Virus record (IMG/VR): IMGVR_UViG_3300043470_000815
DNA from: a virus
Reading direction: 5' to 3' (one strand)
Length of the DNA: 64,000 bases
Part shown: positions 19,437 to 28,312 of the stretch, piece by piece
Position numbering within the stretch: position 1 is the first letter of the stretch
How the letters are laid out: each line of letters starts with the position of its first letter
The notes under the pieces: generated by a model
The model's database searches: none
The model's input: only the letters and a program-made list of their open reading frames with translations
Told to the model about the DNA's origin: nothing
Made by a program: the position numbers and the translations under genes

Positions 19437-20546
19437 TTAATAAAATGTGTTAATATGTAAAAACGGTGAAATCCGTTTATTTGCAATTTCTATTGATTCG
19501 GGATTTAATTCAATTCCGATAAATTCTCTACCAAGTTTCAAAGCAACCACCCCCGTTGTTCCACTGCCCATGAACGGGTCAAAAATTAAGGATGGTTTAA
19601 TTTCATCGGTTAAACACTTACATGATTTTTTCCACCCAACCGATCTTTGAATTGAAATATTATCAGTTTTAAAAACGGAACTATCAGATACATTATTGGT
19701 ATTTGCTATTTTTCGATCACTTCGTGAATTAGATTCAATTATTTGTTTTTCTAATATCCGAACCCAAGGTTTTCCACATTCAACACAACAACCTTTTTCA
19801 GAACTACCAGTTTTTATACACGGTTCGACTAATTTTTCAGGATAACCAGCAATATGTTCACCAGCCGCCCCGGGTTGTAAATTTATCCGCCAAACATTAC
19901 GCATGTTAACTACTCCGTCATCGAATTTACCCAAATGGTCTGTTTTTTCCTTAACACTAAATTGATCGAAAAAGTAATTTTCATTTTTAGTAAACATGAA
20001 AACATATTCAAAACTTTTTGAAAATCTATCCGTACACGATTCAGGCATAACACTACCTTCACGGACTTGTCCACTCGTTGCCTTTGCCCAAATAATTGTA
20101 TCACGGTGATACCAACCAGCCTCGGACAAAGCAATTGCTAGGCGGTGTGGAACATTCATTAATTCTTTGCGTTTAATGCCGTTTGGCTTATATCCCGAAT
20201 TTTTTATAATACCTTTTTCGCTATTATTCGTAACTTGAATGGATGAAGTATTACGATTTGATACTGTACCATCGGGATTTCGCCCTTTTCCTGATCCCGA
20301 ATAAGAATCAGCGATATTTAAAAAGAAAACTCCAGTGGGTTTTAATACACGACGGACATCTTCAAAAACTTCGACTAGATTGTTAATATAGGCGGTTAAT
20401 GTCGTTTCATTTCCAATTTCCCGTGCATCGTCCAAGTAGTTTCTAAGTCCGAAATAGGGTGGACTTGTAACGCAACAATCGACCGAATTATCAGCAAGTT
20501 TTTTTATTTCCGTCTTGACATCACCTAAATGTATTATATTTTTCAT
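19437..20546 (-). CDS. DNA N4-cytosine methyltransferase (beta class)
   Basis: [20 protein letters not shown]; CVEC...CKC insertion; start trimmed to MKNIIHLGD at 20546. Confidence 0.9.
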   Translation of the reverse strand: MKNIIHLGDVKTEIKKLADNSVDCCVTSPPYFGLRNYLDDAREIGNETTLTAYINNLVEVFEDVRRVLKPTGVFFLNIADSYSGSGKGRNPDGTVSNRNTSSIQVTNNSEKGIIKNSGYKPNGIKRKELMNVPHRLAIALSEAGWYHRDTIIWAKATSGQVREGSVMPESCTDRFSKSFEYVFMFTKNENYFFDQFSVKEKTDHLGKFDDGVVNMRNVWRINLQPGAAGEHIAGYPEKLVEPCIKTGSSEKGCCVECGKPWVRILEKQIIESNSRSDRKIANTNNVSDSSVFKTDNISIQRSVGWKKSCKCLTDEIKPSLIFDPFMGSGTTGVVALKLGREFIGIELNPESIEIANKRISPFLHINTFY

Positions 20547-20547
20547 A

Positions 20548-21000
20548 TTAACGCCCACTACTCCCAAACCCACCAGTACCGCGAATAGTTTCAGAAAGTT
20601 CAGTAACTTCTTCAAATTCGATTTGGGGGAAAGGTAAAATGATTAGTTGAGCAATGCGTTCGCCTACTTCATATATATCATAATCAAAATTTAATTCATT
20701 TTGTAGATGATAAACATATTTAAACCGAGCCTTTATCTCCCCTCGAAATTTTGAATCAATTATCCCTACATGATTGGTAAGTAATTGATTTACATTACTT
20801 TGTGAACTTCGTGGAAATAATAAACCTACATACCCATCAGGTATTTCGATTGATAAACCAGTACCATATTCATAATAACCACCACCATCAGAATATTTCC
20901 AAGTTCGTGATATAGCAGTTAAATCCATTCCAGCATCGCCTATATGGGCATAAGTGGGAATAACAGCGTCAGGGTGTAATTTTTTTATTTTGATTTTCAT
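20548..21000 (-). CDS. dut: trimeric dUTPase
   Basis: [33 protein letters not shown]. Confidence 0.97.
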   Translation of the reverse strand: MKIKIKKLHPDAVIPTYAHIGDAGMDLTAISRTWKYSDGGGYYEYGTGLSIEIPDGYVGLLFPRSSQSNVNQLLTNHVGIIDSKFRGEIKARFKYVYHLQNELNFDYDIYEVGERIAQLIILPFPQIEFEEVTELSETIRGTGGFGSSGR

Positions 21001-21209
21001 TATTTATTAATAAATTCATCTACACAACATTCAATTTCACGTTGTGTTGTACATGGGTTAATATCATATTCAAGTGAAAATTGAACTAAGACATCTTTAA
21101 TAATATCAACAATGTCCTGACCTACAAAATTATCAAGATGTGTCATTGACGGGTTAAAGTTGTATTTTTCAAATATATGGGATATACCATATTGAGTAGT
21201 TTCTTCCAT
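21000..21209 (-). CDS. hypothetical protein
   Basis: 69 aa ORF, coupled to neighbour. Confidence 0.5.
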   Translation of the reverse strand: MEETTQYGISHIFEKYNFNPSMTHLDNFVGQDIVDIIKDVLVQFSLEYDINPCTTQREIECCVDEFINK

Positions 21210-21224
21210 TTCGATTTTTAAATT

Positions 21225-21443
21225 TTATTCGTGTGGTGGGTTTGGTATTTGATTAAATTGTGTTTCATTTATTAAAACTTGACCAATATCATCCATCCAA
21301 AAATGATGTGTACATCTTTCTTTATATTGTTCCAAGTACCATTCGGCATATTCTTTCATCATATTTTCCACTGATTTTGTTTGAATTAAATTTCTATCAT
21401 AAAATTCTAAACCCGATTCAATAATTTCTTTAATTTTAGACAT
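21225..21443 (-). CDS. hypothetical protein
   Basis: 72 aa ORF. Confidence 0.5.
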   Translation of the reverse strand: MSKIKEIIESGLEFYDRNLIQTKSVENMMKEYAEWYLEQYKERCTHHFWMDDIGQVLINETQFNQIPNPPHE

Positions 21444-21444
21444 T

Positions 21445-21720
21445 TTATTTTAATCGGTTTACAGTGAAACATGTGGTTGGATTTTTTGATTGAATTATAT
21501 CAAGTAAACAATCATATTTATCAAGAATTTCTTGGGATTTTTTAATATCTTCTTTCGTTAATATAATATCAACGATTGGTATTAATTCATCAGTTACAGA
21601 TTTAGCCTGTTCAGTTATCATTTTAGTTTCATAAGACAAAACCCATTCGAGTAAGTCTTCCTTAGTTAAGGAAAACAACATTCTGTCAAATTCATTAGAA
21701 AGTTCGTCTATATTTAGCAT
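21445..21720 (-). CDS. hypothetical protein
   Basis: 91 aa ORF. Confidence 0.5.
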   Translation of the reverse strand: MLNIDELSNEFDRMLFSLTKEDLLEWVLSYETKMITEQAKSVTDELIPIVDIILTKEDIKKSQEILDKYDCLLDIIQSKNPTTCFTVNRLK

Positions 21721-21732
21721 AATTTATTATTT

Positions 21733-22197
21733 TTAGACATAGTACAATCTATGTCTTTTTATTTGATTACAAAATTCATCCATATTTTCAATTGGTTTTC
21801 CATAATATCTATGAAATGTACCATTCGCCTTTAATGGATTTTTAAGACGTTCAATTACACGTTGTCGGATTAAACACGTATCTTTGAATTTTACAGTCCA
21901 CCCTGTCTTTAAATTTTCAGATTCAATTTCAGTTAAATCTATTTGGGTGGATGGATTGAAACCACGTTCACGCATTTCATTATTAACTTCTTCCAACCTA
22001 TCCTTTAAATACAGAATTTTTGGTTTGAAAAAATTAATATGACCTTGACCCAAACAAAATTCGGTTGGAACTTGACCTTTAATTTTCCACCCATCCTTCC
22101 GTAATGAGCCAACAATCATTGTAATTTCAACAGATTCCGCAATTAAATGCTGGTCAGATAAGTATTTGGGTTCAATTCCACAGTTAACTCGTGCCAT
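21733..22197 (-). CDS. denV: pyrimidine dimer DNA glycosylase (T4 endonuclease V family)
   Basis: MARVN..I.P..LSDQHLIAE..E, FCLG.GHINFF, EMRERGF. Confidence 0.9.
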   Translation of the reverse strand: MARVNCGIEPKYLSDQHLIAESVEITMIVGSLRKDGWKIKGQVPTEFCLGQGHINFFKPKILYLKDRLEEVNNEMRERGFNPSTQIDLTEIESENLKTGWTVKFKDTCLIRQRVIERLKNPLKANGTFHRYYGKPIENMDEFCNQIKRHRLYYV

Positions 22198-22209
22198 ATT
22201 TTTTTATTG

Positions 22210-22260
22210 CAAAGATAAACGCAAAAATTGAATTAGTGTGATGAATTAACATTCTAATAA
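22210..22260 (-). promoter_or_regulatory. promoter TATCTTTG with TTAAC half-site 28 nt upstream
   Basis: CAAAGATA at 22210-17; TTAAC at 22246-50 (overlaps a stop codon). Confidence 0.6.
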
Positions 22261-22512
22261 CAAATACAATTCATTCAAGGCATCAATTAGGCAATTTTCG
22301 TATGTGGTTGGGGGATTTGAATAAAATGAATTACCAGTTGCCATAAAAAACGGTGACATACAATCTTCCATGTAAATTCTATAAAACCACCCACTCCAGT
22401 CATCAATTGGACGAATTTCAATGTAAATTTTTTTATTTACAATTAACCAATTATGTAATTCAAAGATGGATAAATCTACGTTAAATAATTCGTTTAATTT
22501 ATTGTTTTTCAT
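22246..22512 (-). CDS. hypothetical protein
   Basis: 88 aa ORF. Confidence 0.55.
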   Translation of the reverse strand: MKNNKLNELFNVDLSIFELHNWLIVNKKIYIEIRPIDDWSGWFYRIYMEDCMSPFFMATGNSFYSNPPTTYENCLIDALNELYLLLEC

Positions 22513-22753
22513 TTTGTAAATGATTTAATATTTTTTTTAATGAATTTAGATCATTCCATCTTTTGGATGATAATATATATCCACCCGACATATCTTTTAG
22601 AAAACATTGTACATTTACATATACACCATCCTTCACAACTTTAAAAATAACTCCTTTATGTTCATCCAACACAATATCCTTACTTACTAACGAACCATGA
22701 ATAAGTTCGTATTCGGTAATAAGTTCACTGATTTGCTTCGCGTAACTTTTCAT
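22499..22753 (-). CDS. hypothetical protein
   Basis: 84 aa ORF. Confidence 0.55.
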   Translation of the reverse strand: MKSYAKQISELITEYELIHGSLVSKDIVLDEHKGVIFKVVKDGVYVNVQCFLKDMSGGYILSSKRWNDLNSLKKILNHLQNEKQ

Positions 22754-23171
22754 TATTCTTTAAAAATTTTAAAAAATTTACAACATTATAAAACGTACTT
22801 TGGACTTTAGTTTCAAAAATAGCGTTTGGGTCAGAAATGTAAGATTTAACATTGTTATCAGATAAATACGCATATTTAGATCGAATATCACATTGATTTG
22901 CGTTTATATAAACCTGAAACCACCCAAAGTCTTCATCGCGAGTACTTTCAATCTTTTCAACAACCAACATCAGTAAATTCCAGTCCCAATGAAAAGCCAT
23001 TTCTTTAGCAGTTCGACCAAGATAATAATAACGATCTTTTGGTTGTTTTTTAGTATGAATCCATCCACCACTTAGGTTGTTTGGAATATCTTTATCCGTC
23101 CATTTGTAATATTTATAGCCTAAGTAATCGGCACATAATTTATTACCTTCGTTTATAAATTCGACATTCAT
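22725..23171 (-). CDS. hypothetical protein
   Basis: 148 aa ORF; FHWDWNLLM.VVEKIE motif. Confidence 0.6.
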   Translation of the reverse strand: MNVEFINEGNKLCADYLGYKYYKWTDKDIPNNLSGGWIHTKKQPKDRYYYLGRTAKEMAFHWDWNLLMLVVEKIESTRDEDFGWFQVYINANQCDIRSKYAYLSDNNVKSYISDPNAIFETKVQSTFYNVVNFLKFLKNNEKLREANQ

Positions 23172-23183
23172 AAGTTTAAATTT

Positions 23184-23564
23184 TTATTTTTTTCGGTCTA
23201 ATAATTTATCCTTAACAGTTCGCATAAAGTTATATATTTGAACAAATTGTATTCGATTTTCTTTGAAAAATTCTAAATCAAGTACATCTGTGTATTCAAT
23301 CAAATCCCACCTTTCGTAAAAAATATTATCAAAGAAATTATAAATATAACTTGGATTGTCCCAACATTCAATTGTTTCACTATATGTATAAACACCGTCT
23401 TTAAAATCTAAAAACATTGGTTTAAATATAAATCGCAAATTTTCATCGGTGCTAATTTCAAATGATGATTTAATTAAAAATCCATTGGTTGCCTCAAACC
23501 ATGAATCAAATGAATGATACGTTTGGTTTGGTAAAGGCATTTCTTCAAATCTTTCTGTGTTCAT
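23184..23564 (-). CDS. hypothetical protein
   Basis: 126 aa ORF. Confidence 0.55.
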   Translation of the reverse strand: MNTERFEEMPLPNQTYHSFDSWFEATNGFLIKSSFEISTDENLRFIFKPMFLDFKDGVYTYSETIECWDNPSYIYNFFDNIFYERWDLIEYTDVLDLEFFKENRIQFVQIYNFMRTVKDKLLDRKK

Positions 23565-24073
23565 TATTCTTCGATTACAGTCCCATCGGACTTTATTTTA
23601 ATTGTTACAAATTTATATTGTTCATTTTCGACACATTGCCTAATTGACTCTTGTATAGGGTCATTTTCCTTCTTAGAATCTAACAGAACAATGTTTTTTA
23701 TTACGGGGTTGGTTGGATCGTTCATTCCATTGAATACCACAAAATCTATTGGGTGGAAGTGAACTTTCACATCGTTTGGACTGTAACCTAATGGTTTAAA
23801 AATCGTATCATATTCGGCAATATGTTCATCGGCAGCAATTCTACCCGCCAAAGTTGCATCTTGCTTAACTTTAATTAATTTAGTTCGCATTATATCTTCA
23901 CGAATTTCTAATTTCTTAATTTCGCGATTAAGTTTGTCCAAGAAATCTAGGGTTGGGCGAACATCGTCATAAGTAACAGTATCGGATTGCCGAAAAAAAT
24001 GGTTACATTCAGAGCATTGGCAAAAAGTATTTCTAGTTATTTGATCCATCTTAATAAGTTCTAAATTTGACAT
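23564..24073 (-). CDS. endonuclease related to archaeal Holliday-junction resolvase (Endonuc_Holl-like), copy 2
   Basis: CSEC, coiled coil, HPIDFVVFNG...LLDSK. Confidence 0.65.
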   Translation of the reverse strand: MSNLELIKMDQITRNTFCQCSECNHFFRQSDTVTYDDVRPTLDFLDKLNREIKKLEIREDIMRTKLIKVKQDATLAGRIAADEHIAEYDTIFKPLGYSPNDVKVHFHPIDFVVFNGMNDPTNPVIKNIVLLDSKKENDPIQESIRQCVENEQYKFVTIKIKSDGTVIEE

Positions 24074-24485
24074 TCTTTTTTTCGTTAATAATCGCTTGAA
24101 TTTCTTTTTGTCGTTTGGTTAATATCGCACCACCCGTTTTAACATCTACGAATAAAATTTCAGTTACTTTACCATTAGCCATCCCATCGAAAATAATATA
24201 ATCAATTGGATCACCTCCAGTATGTCTGCAATTTTTGTGGTCAAAGTTAAACGTATCCATTGCTGGAATAAGTCGTTCGGCAATAAAACCAATATTGATT
24301 GATTTTGTAGATGTATAAATTCGATTATACAGTTCGTCTTTGGCAGTATTTAACGCTTTTTTGCGTTTTTCAATCAATTCGAGTTGTTTTTGATAATATT
24401 CTATTTTATTTAATTTAGAAGTATCAACAATTACACTTTCCAATTGTAACTCCGAATAACAGTTCGGACATTCTATTTTTTTCAT
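24051..24485 (-). CDS. endonuclease related to archaeal Holliday-junction resolvase (Endonuc_Holl-like), copy 1
   Basis: CPNC, G.IAERL.P, DPIDYIIFDG...FVDVKTGGA.LT.RQ. Confidence 0.8.
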   Translation of the reverse strand: MKKIECPNCYSELQLESVIVDTSKLNKIEYYQKQLELIEKRKKALNTAKDELYNRIYTSTKSINIGFIAERLIPAMDTFNFDHKNCRHTGGDPIDYIIFDGMANGKVTEILFVDVKTGGAILTKRQKEIQAIINEKKNVKFRTY

Positions 24486-24856
24486 TATTTAATAAGTTTT
24501 GGATTTTCATATATATTTCCAATGATAATAATATCAAGATGATTACTGACAATATAATCAATAGATTTAGTATTAGATTTAAATTTACATTCAAATGATG
24601 CCATATATCTATTATATTCTACAACGCCAAATTCATCACAACATAATAAAATATCACCTTCATAAACTTCTTCACCGTTTTTGTCATAAACACCAGTGAA
24701 AATCATTAATTTACAAGATGGGTGGGTTGGTTCAAGTTTGTCATTTTCAAATTGATAAAAATAACCATTTGGAGATACAAAGAAATCGGTATATTGCATT
24801 GATATACCAGTCCAAAGTCTAAATTCGTTAGTCATTTTTTTCGTATATATTACCAA
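24485..24856 (-). CDS. YopX family protein
   Basis: FRLW, TGVYDKNG.EVYEGDIL, IIGNIYENP. Confidence 0.85.
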   Translation of the reverse strand: MVIYTKKMTNEFRLWTGISMQYTDFFVSPNGYFYQFENDKLEPTHPSCKLMIFTGVYDKNGEEVYEGDILLCCDEFGVVEYNRYMASFECKFKSNTKSIDYIVSNHLDIIIIGNIYENPKLIK

Positions 24857-25205
24857 TTATTTCACAATCATAATCAATCCACCGATACGCATGAAAATAA
24901 TCATCAACCGTTATCCGAAATGAACCATCTGCGAAGTTTACAATTCCTGTTTTTATTTTAAGATCATCAAATGAGTTGAAACGGACAATATCGCCTTCGT
25001 AAATTTCTTTATCGTATTTATCACAGATACCAGTATATTGCATTAATTTCCAATCCACATAAACCAACCTACCTTCATTATAATCTGTTGAATTTAAAAT
25101 TAGAACATCACCATCAGAATCGACATAAAATTCATCTTTTTGCATGTATTTTCCGTCCCATGCTCTAAATTTTATTTCTCGTTTGTTTTTCATATTCGTT
25201 ATCAT
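24828..25205 (-). CDS. YopX family protein
   Basis: EIKFRAWD, LMQYTG..DK..KEIYEGDIV, IIGNIYE; start probably 25193. Confidence 0.9.
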   Translation of the reverse strand: MITNMKNKREIKFRAWDGKYMQKDEFYVDSDGDVLILNSTDYNEGRLVYVDWKLMQYTGICDKYDKEIYEGDIVRFNSFDDLKIKTGIVNFADGSFRITVDDYFHAYRWIDYDCEIIGNIYEKND

Positions 25206-25217
25206 TTTTTATTATGA

Positions 25218-25268
25218 CAAAGATAAGTCAAATATTTGGATTACACAACCTTATTAACATTTAGTTAA
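25218..25268 (-). promoter_or_regulatory. promoter GTTG-N20-TATCTTTG with perfect TTAAC-N5-GTTAA palindrome
   Basis: CAAAGATA at 25218-25, CAAC at 25246-49, TTAACATTTAGTTAA at 25254-68. Confidence 0.7.
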
Positions 25269-25822
25269 CGAGCAATCCACCCACTGTATCTTTTACGCCA
25301 CACAATTGGACTGATTTTATTTCCACCCAAAGCCCACAAACCTAATTTATTTTTACGTGCGGTACGGTGAAGATCGTTATAAAGTTTAAATTCAGACTTT
25401 GGTTGATTCGGTTCATTTCTTGACCACGCATTACCATTTACCAATTGATAAACAGATAAATCAACACTATCACGCGTATAAACTTTACAGACCATCCTAT
25501 CAAATTGGTCGGTGTATATTGGAACAACTTTTAATGTGTCTTTTCGTACTAATAACCGTAAAAATTCAGCAGATTCTTTATTGTAAGGTTGTGGTTTTGT
25601 AACGTATAAAGATTGGTGTTCAGGTGCATCAATTCCGTATAACCTTAATCGTTGGATAGAATCACTTCCAAAGAATTTAAAAGACGGTGAATCACCATCG
25701 TAAGCACCGACCCCAATGACATAAAAAGCACCGGGTTCTAATAATGTTTTTACAACTGGTTTGGTAGTTGTACAAGATGTTGCAAATAATATTGCAGTAA
25801 GATAAAATAATAAGTTTTTCAT
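25265..25822 (-). CDS. thermonuclease (SNase family) with lipoprotein signal peptide
   Basis: MKNLLFYLTAILFATS-C; YDGDS, RLYGIDAPE, DQFDR, QLVNGNAW, ARKNKLGLW. Confidence 0.9.
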   Translation of the reverse strand: MKNLLFYLTAILFATSCTTTKPVVKTLLEPGAFYVIGVGAYDGDSPSFKFFGSDSIQRLRLYGIDAPEHQSLYVTKPQPYNKESAEFLRLLVRKDTLKVVPIYTDQFDRMVCKVYTRDSVDLSVYQLVNGNAWSRNEPNQPKSEFKLYNDLHRTARKNKLGLWALGGNKISPIVWRKRYSGWIAR

Positions 25823-25828
25823 TAATTT

Positions 25829-26734
25829 TTAAGTATTTTTAATAAACAATTCAGCAGGGTTTAGTTTAAATTGTAACATTTTGGCCGTATCTCGTCCAGC
25901 GTCCCCACCCTTCCGTTGTACTGTTATTCGACCAATTTTAAAGTTTCCTTGTGATGTTGTTGTTACGTCGCCCTGACTAAAATGATTCATAGCGACATTC
26001 ATTGGTTCTAACAACCATTTTACATCATCATTTACATTCAACGCTACCAATATCCATTCAGCCGCGAATTTACCGCGACCTTTCATAATATCCGATATAA
26101 TTAAAAATTTATTTTCCCGAAACCAATCCAACACGTGATTAAATTCTAATTCATCAGTAAACATTCGACGTTCATCTTTAGGATTTTCAATGGTTGGTGG
26201 AAGTTCACCAGTATAATGCTTGAGGGTGGTTGTGACATTTTCAGGAATATCCCACATTTGTTTGTACGTGTCAACCCACCTTTTATCAACTTGATTAAAA
26301 CCTTTCGGATTACTGACCAATTTAACTTGTAAATTTTGAGCATCAATTAAGTTTTTTAATTTAATGGTTACTTGTACCTGAACATCGGTTTTAAATCCAT
26401 GTAAAGTTTCCGCCGTCACATATTCAATTTCGTTTAAATCGTAACCCATTTGTGATAACCACCCAACCACGTCCGTATCATTTTGCCAATTGATGAATTT
26501 TTCAACTACTAATTTTTCATTTAAAAACCCATCCTTTGCGGTTTTTGATCCTTTATTGACAATTGAATTACAAATGGTTGGTTGATTATTGTATTCAATA
26601 ACTGGTAAAATTGTGGATTTAAGTCTTTTCCATTCTACCTTGTCTAATTCATAATTACCTGTTAATTCGGGATGAAATTCCCAAAACATTCCACTATTTA
26701 AGACGGAATTATAATCTTGTTCTAGTTTGTCCAT
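25829..26734 (-). CDS. type II restriction endonuclease, R.HinP1I-like (GCGC family)
   Basis: GSKTAKDGF.NE, GFKTDVQVQV, QVKLVSN.KGFNQVDK.W, GRGKFAAEWILV, TVQRKGGD.GR.TA.MLQFK match R.HinP1I as I recall it. Confidence 0.85.
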   Translation of the reverse strand: MDKLEQDYNSVLNSGMFWEFHPELTGNYELDKVEWKRLKSTILPVIEYNNQPTICNSIVNKGSKTAKDGFLNEKLVVEKFINWQNDTDVVGWLSQMGYDLNEIEYVTAETLHGFKTDVQVQVTIKLKNLIDAQNLQVKLVSNPKGFNQVDKRWVDTYKQMWDIPENVTTTLKHYTGELPPTIENPKDERRMFTDELEFNHVLDWFRENKFLIISDIMKGRGKFAAEWILVALNVNDDVKWLLEPMNVAMNHFSQGDVTTTSQGNFKIGRITVQRKGGDAGRDTAKMLQFKLNPAELFIKNT

Positions 26735-27054
26735 TTAGATAAAATTTCAGTTTTTAATTTTTCAAATTCGATATAATCTGCTTTATCCGTTGATAAACAT
26801 TCAATACGTGTTGATTCACGAACGGGACAAACAATGTGCAACCAACCATGATTCTTTAAAAATGATAATGATTCATAAGTTTCATTAATAGTTTCATTGA
26901 ATATATCATTGGGAATTTCACGAACATCTAAATATACAATCAAAACTGGAGTTGGGTGGGTGGATGGAACAAATATTGTTTTATTATCAACCGTTGTTGA
27001 TAATTTTTCAAATGGTGCGTTCACATTAAACGGATTTTTATTAAAGTCTATCAT
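26722..27054 (-). CDS. hypothetical protein
   Basis: 110 aa ORF between MTase and REase. Confidence 0.55.
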   Translation of the reverse strand: MIDFNKNPFNVNAPFEKLSTTVDNKTIFVPSTHPTPVLIVYLDVREIPNDIFNETINETYESLSFLKNHGWLHIVCPVRESTRIECLSTDKADYIEFEKLKTEILSKWTN

Positions 27055-27060
27055 TTAATT

Positions 27061-27855
27061 TTAAAAAAAGTTATTTGTTGTATTTACTGTTATTTGTGTG
27101 TGCTGTTTTATACGTTCGTTAATAATATCATAATATTTTTCTTCTTTTTCCATTAAGATATAATTCCGTTTGGTGTTTAAACAAGCAATTCCCGTCGTTC
27201 CTGAACCAGCACAATTATCCAAAACCACATCACCTTCATTGGTGTAAGTTTTAATTAGATATTCAAATAATGCAACTGGTTTTTGGGTTGGGTGTAATCT
27301 ATGATGTGAATTTACACCGTTGAATTTTTTTACCGTTTTCGGGTAACTCATATCCACATCTTCGGGAATATATTGAATTTTCTTAATTCCATTTTGCTGC
27401 TCATTTATTCCCGATTCGGTAGTAAATTTATATTTCATCCGTGACTTACTTTTATCAGACATATCACGTTCTTCTTTTATAGGATTATAAGTACATTGAT
27501 TTTTATAAAAAACCAAAACATTTTCGTGATTTCTAAGCGGTTGCTTTTTAACTAACGCAAACCCACTGGTCATATTTTTACTCCAAACCCATTCATATTT
27601 AAACATCTTTGGATTACTCATTACCAACGCACTTGTAAACGGTTGGATGGAAGTTAGTACAATAGCACCATTATCCTTTATAATCCTATTATATTGTTCC
27701 CATAATTTATCAAACGGAATAATCGTATCCCATGAACAAGCAGTCGATCCGTAAGGTAAATCACACAAAATCATGTCTATTGATTTATCGGGAATTAATG
27801 GCATACCAACCTCCCCCAAACAATCACAATTTAGTACTGTATTTACATACTCCAT
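27061..27855 (-). CDS. DNA amino-methyltransferase (N6A/N4C, beta class)
   Basis: LCDLPYG, HPTQKP, LDNCAGSGTTG. Confidence 0.92.
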   Translation of the reverse strand: MEYVNTVLNCDCLGEVGMPLIPDKSIDMILCDLPYGSTACSWDTIIPFDKLWEQYNRIIKDNGAIVLTSIQPFTSALVMSNPKMFKYEWVWSKNMTSGFALVKKQPLRNHENVLVFYKNQCTYNPIKEERDMSDKSKSRMKYKFTTESGINEQQNGIKKIQYIPEDVDMSYPKTVKKFNGVNSHHRLHPTQKPVALFEYLIKTYTNEGDVVLDNCAGSGTTGIACLNTKRNYILMEKEEKYYDIINERIKQHTQITVNTTNNFF

Positions 27856-28022
27856 GATTCGTTCATTAATTTTTGTATTTCGGTAATTCCTTCCAAGATT
27901 TTACTGAAAGGTTCATCTAATCGTTCGGGTGAAAGATGATAGATGTGTCCATAATCTTGTAACCCTTCCAAGAAATCATAAATTTCCTGTATTTCGTTAG
28001 TTTTTATATTTTTAATATCCAT
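27843..28022 (-). CDS. small hypothetical protein (59 aa, not in ORF track)
   Basis: MDIKNIKTNEIQEIYDFLEGLQDYG...; fills the gap with overlaps. Confidence 0.5.
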   Translation of the reverse strand: MDIKNIKTNEIQEIYDFLEGLQDYGHIYHLSPERLDEPFSKILEGITEIQKLMNESWSM

Positions 28023-28023
28023 T

Positions 28024-28299
28024 TTATATTTTGGTTTTTAATTGATCCATTAAAGTAGTTCCTTCCAACATATTAGTATTAGAATAATATTCTTTTAAAA
28101 ATTTATCCATTGGATAGACTTCGTTGACAGTTTTTTGTTCAAATGATGCACCATCCGCAAACATATCAATTTGTTCTTTAGTGTAATTTTCAACATTTTC
28201 GTGCCATTCTTCAATATATTCGTCAATTTCAGTCCAATTTAAATAGACGTATCTTGAAGGTATTTGAAATTCACTTTGAAATATTTTTTTAATATCCAT
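28024..28299 (-). CDS. hypothetical protein, paralog of 28674-28997
   Basis: F.IP...W.EN.ENYT.EQI.MFAD.ASF.QK.V..VY..DKFL.E.Y shared. Confidence 0.65.
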   Translation of the reverse strand: MDIKKIFQSEFQIPSRYVYLNWTEIDEYIEEWHENVENYTKEQIDMFADGASFEQKTVNEVYPMDKFLKEYYSNTNMLEGTTLMDQLKTKI

Positions 28300-28312
28300 T
28301 TTATTTTATTTT

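Noticed and set aside
26722-27855. MTase 27061 as the cognate partner of the HinP1I-like REase
   Set aside because: It is not excluded, since an N4C enzyme could protect GCGC. But HinP1I partners are C5 enzymes, the genes are separated by another ORF, and the target site appears absent, so no partner is needed.
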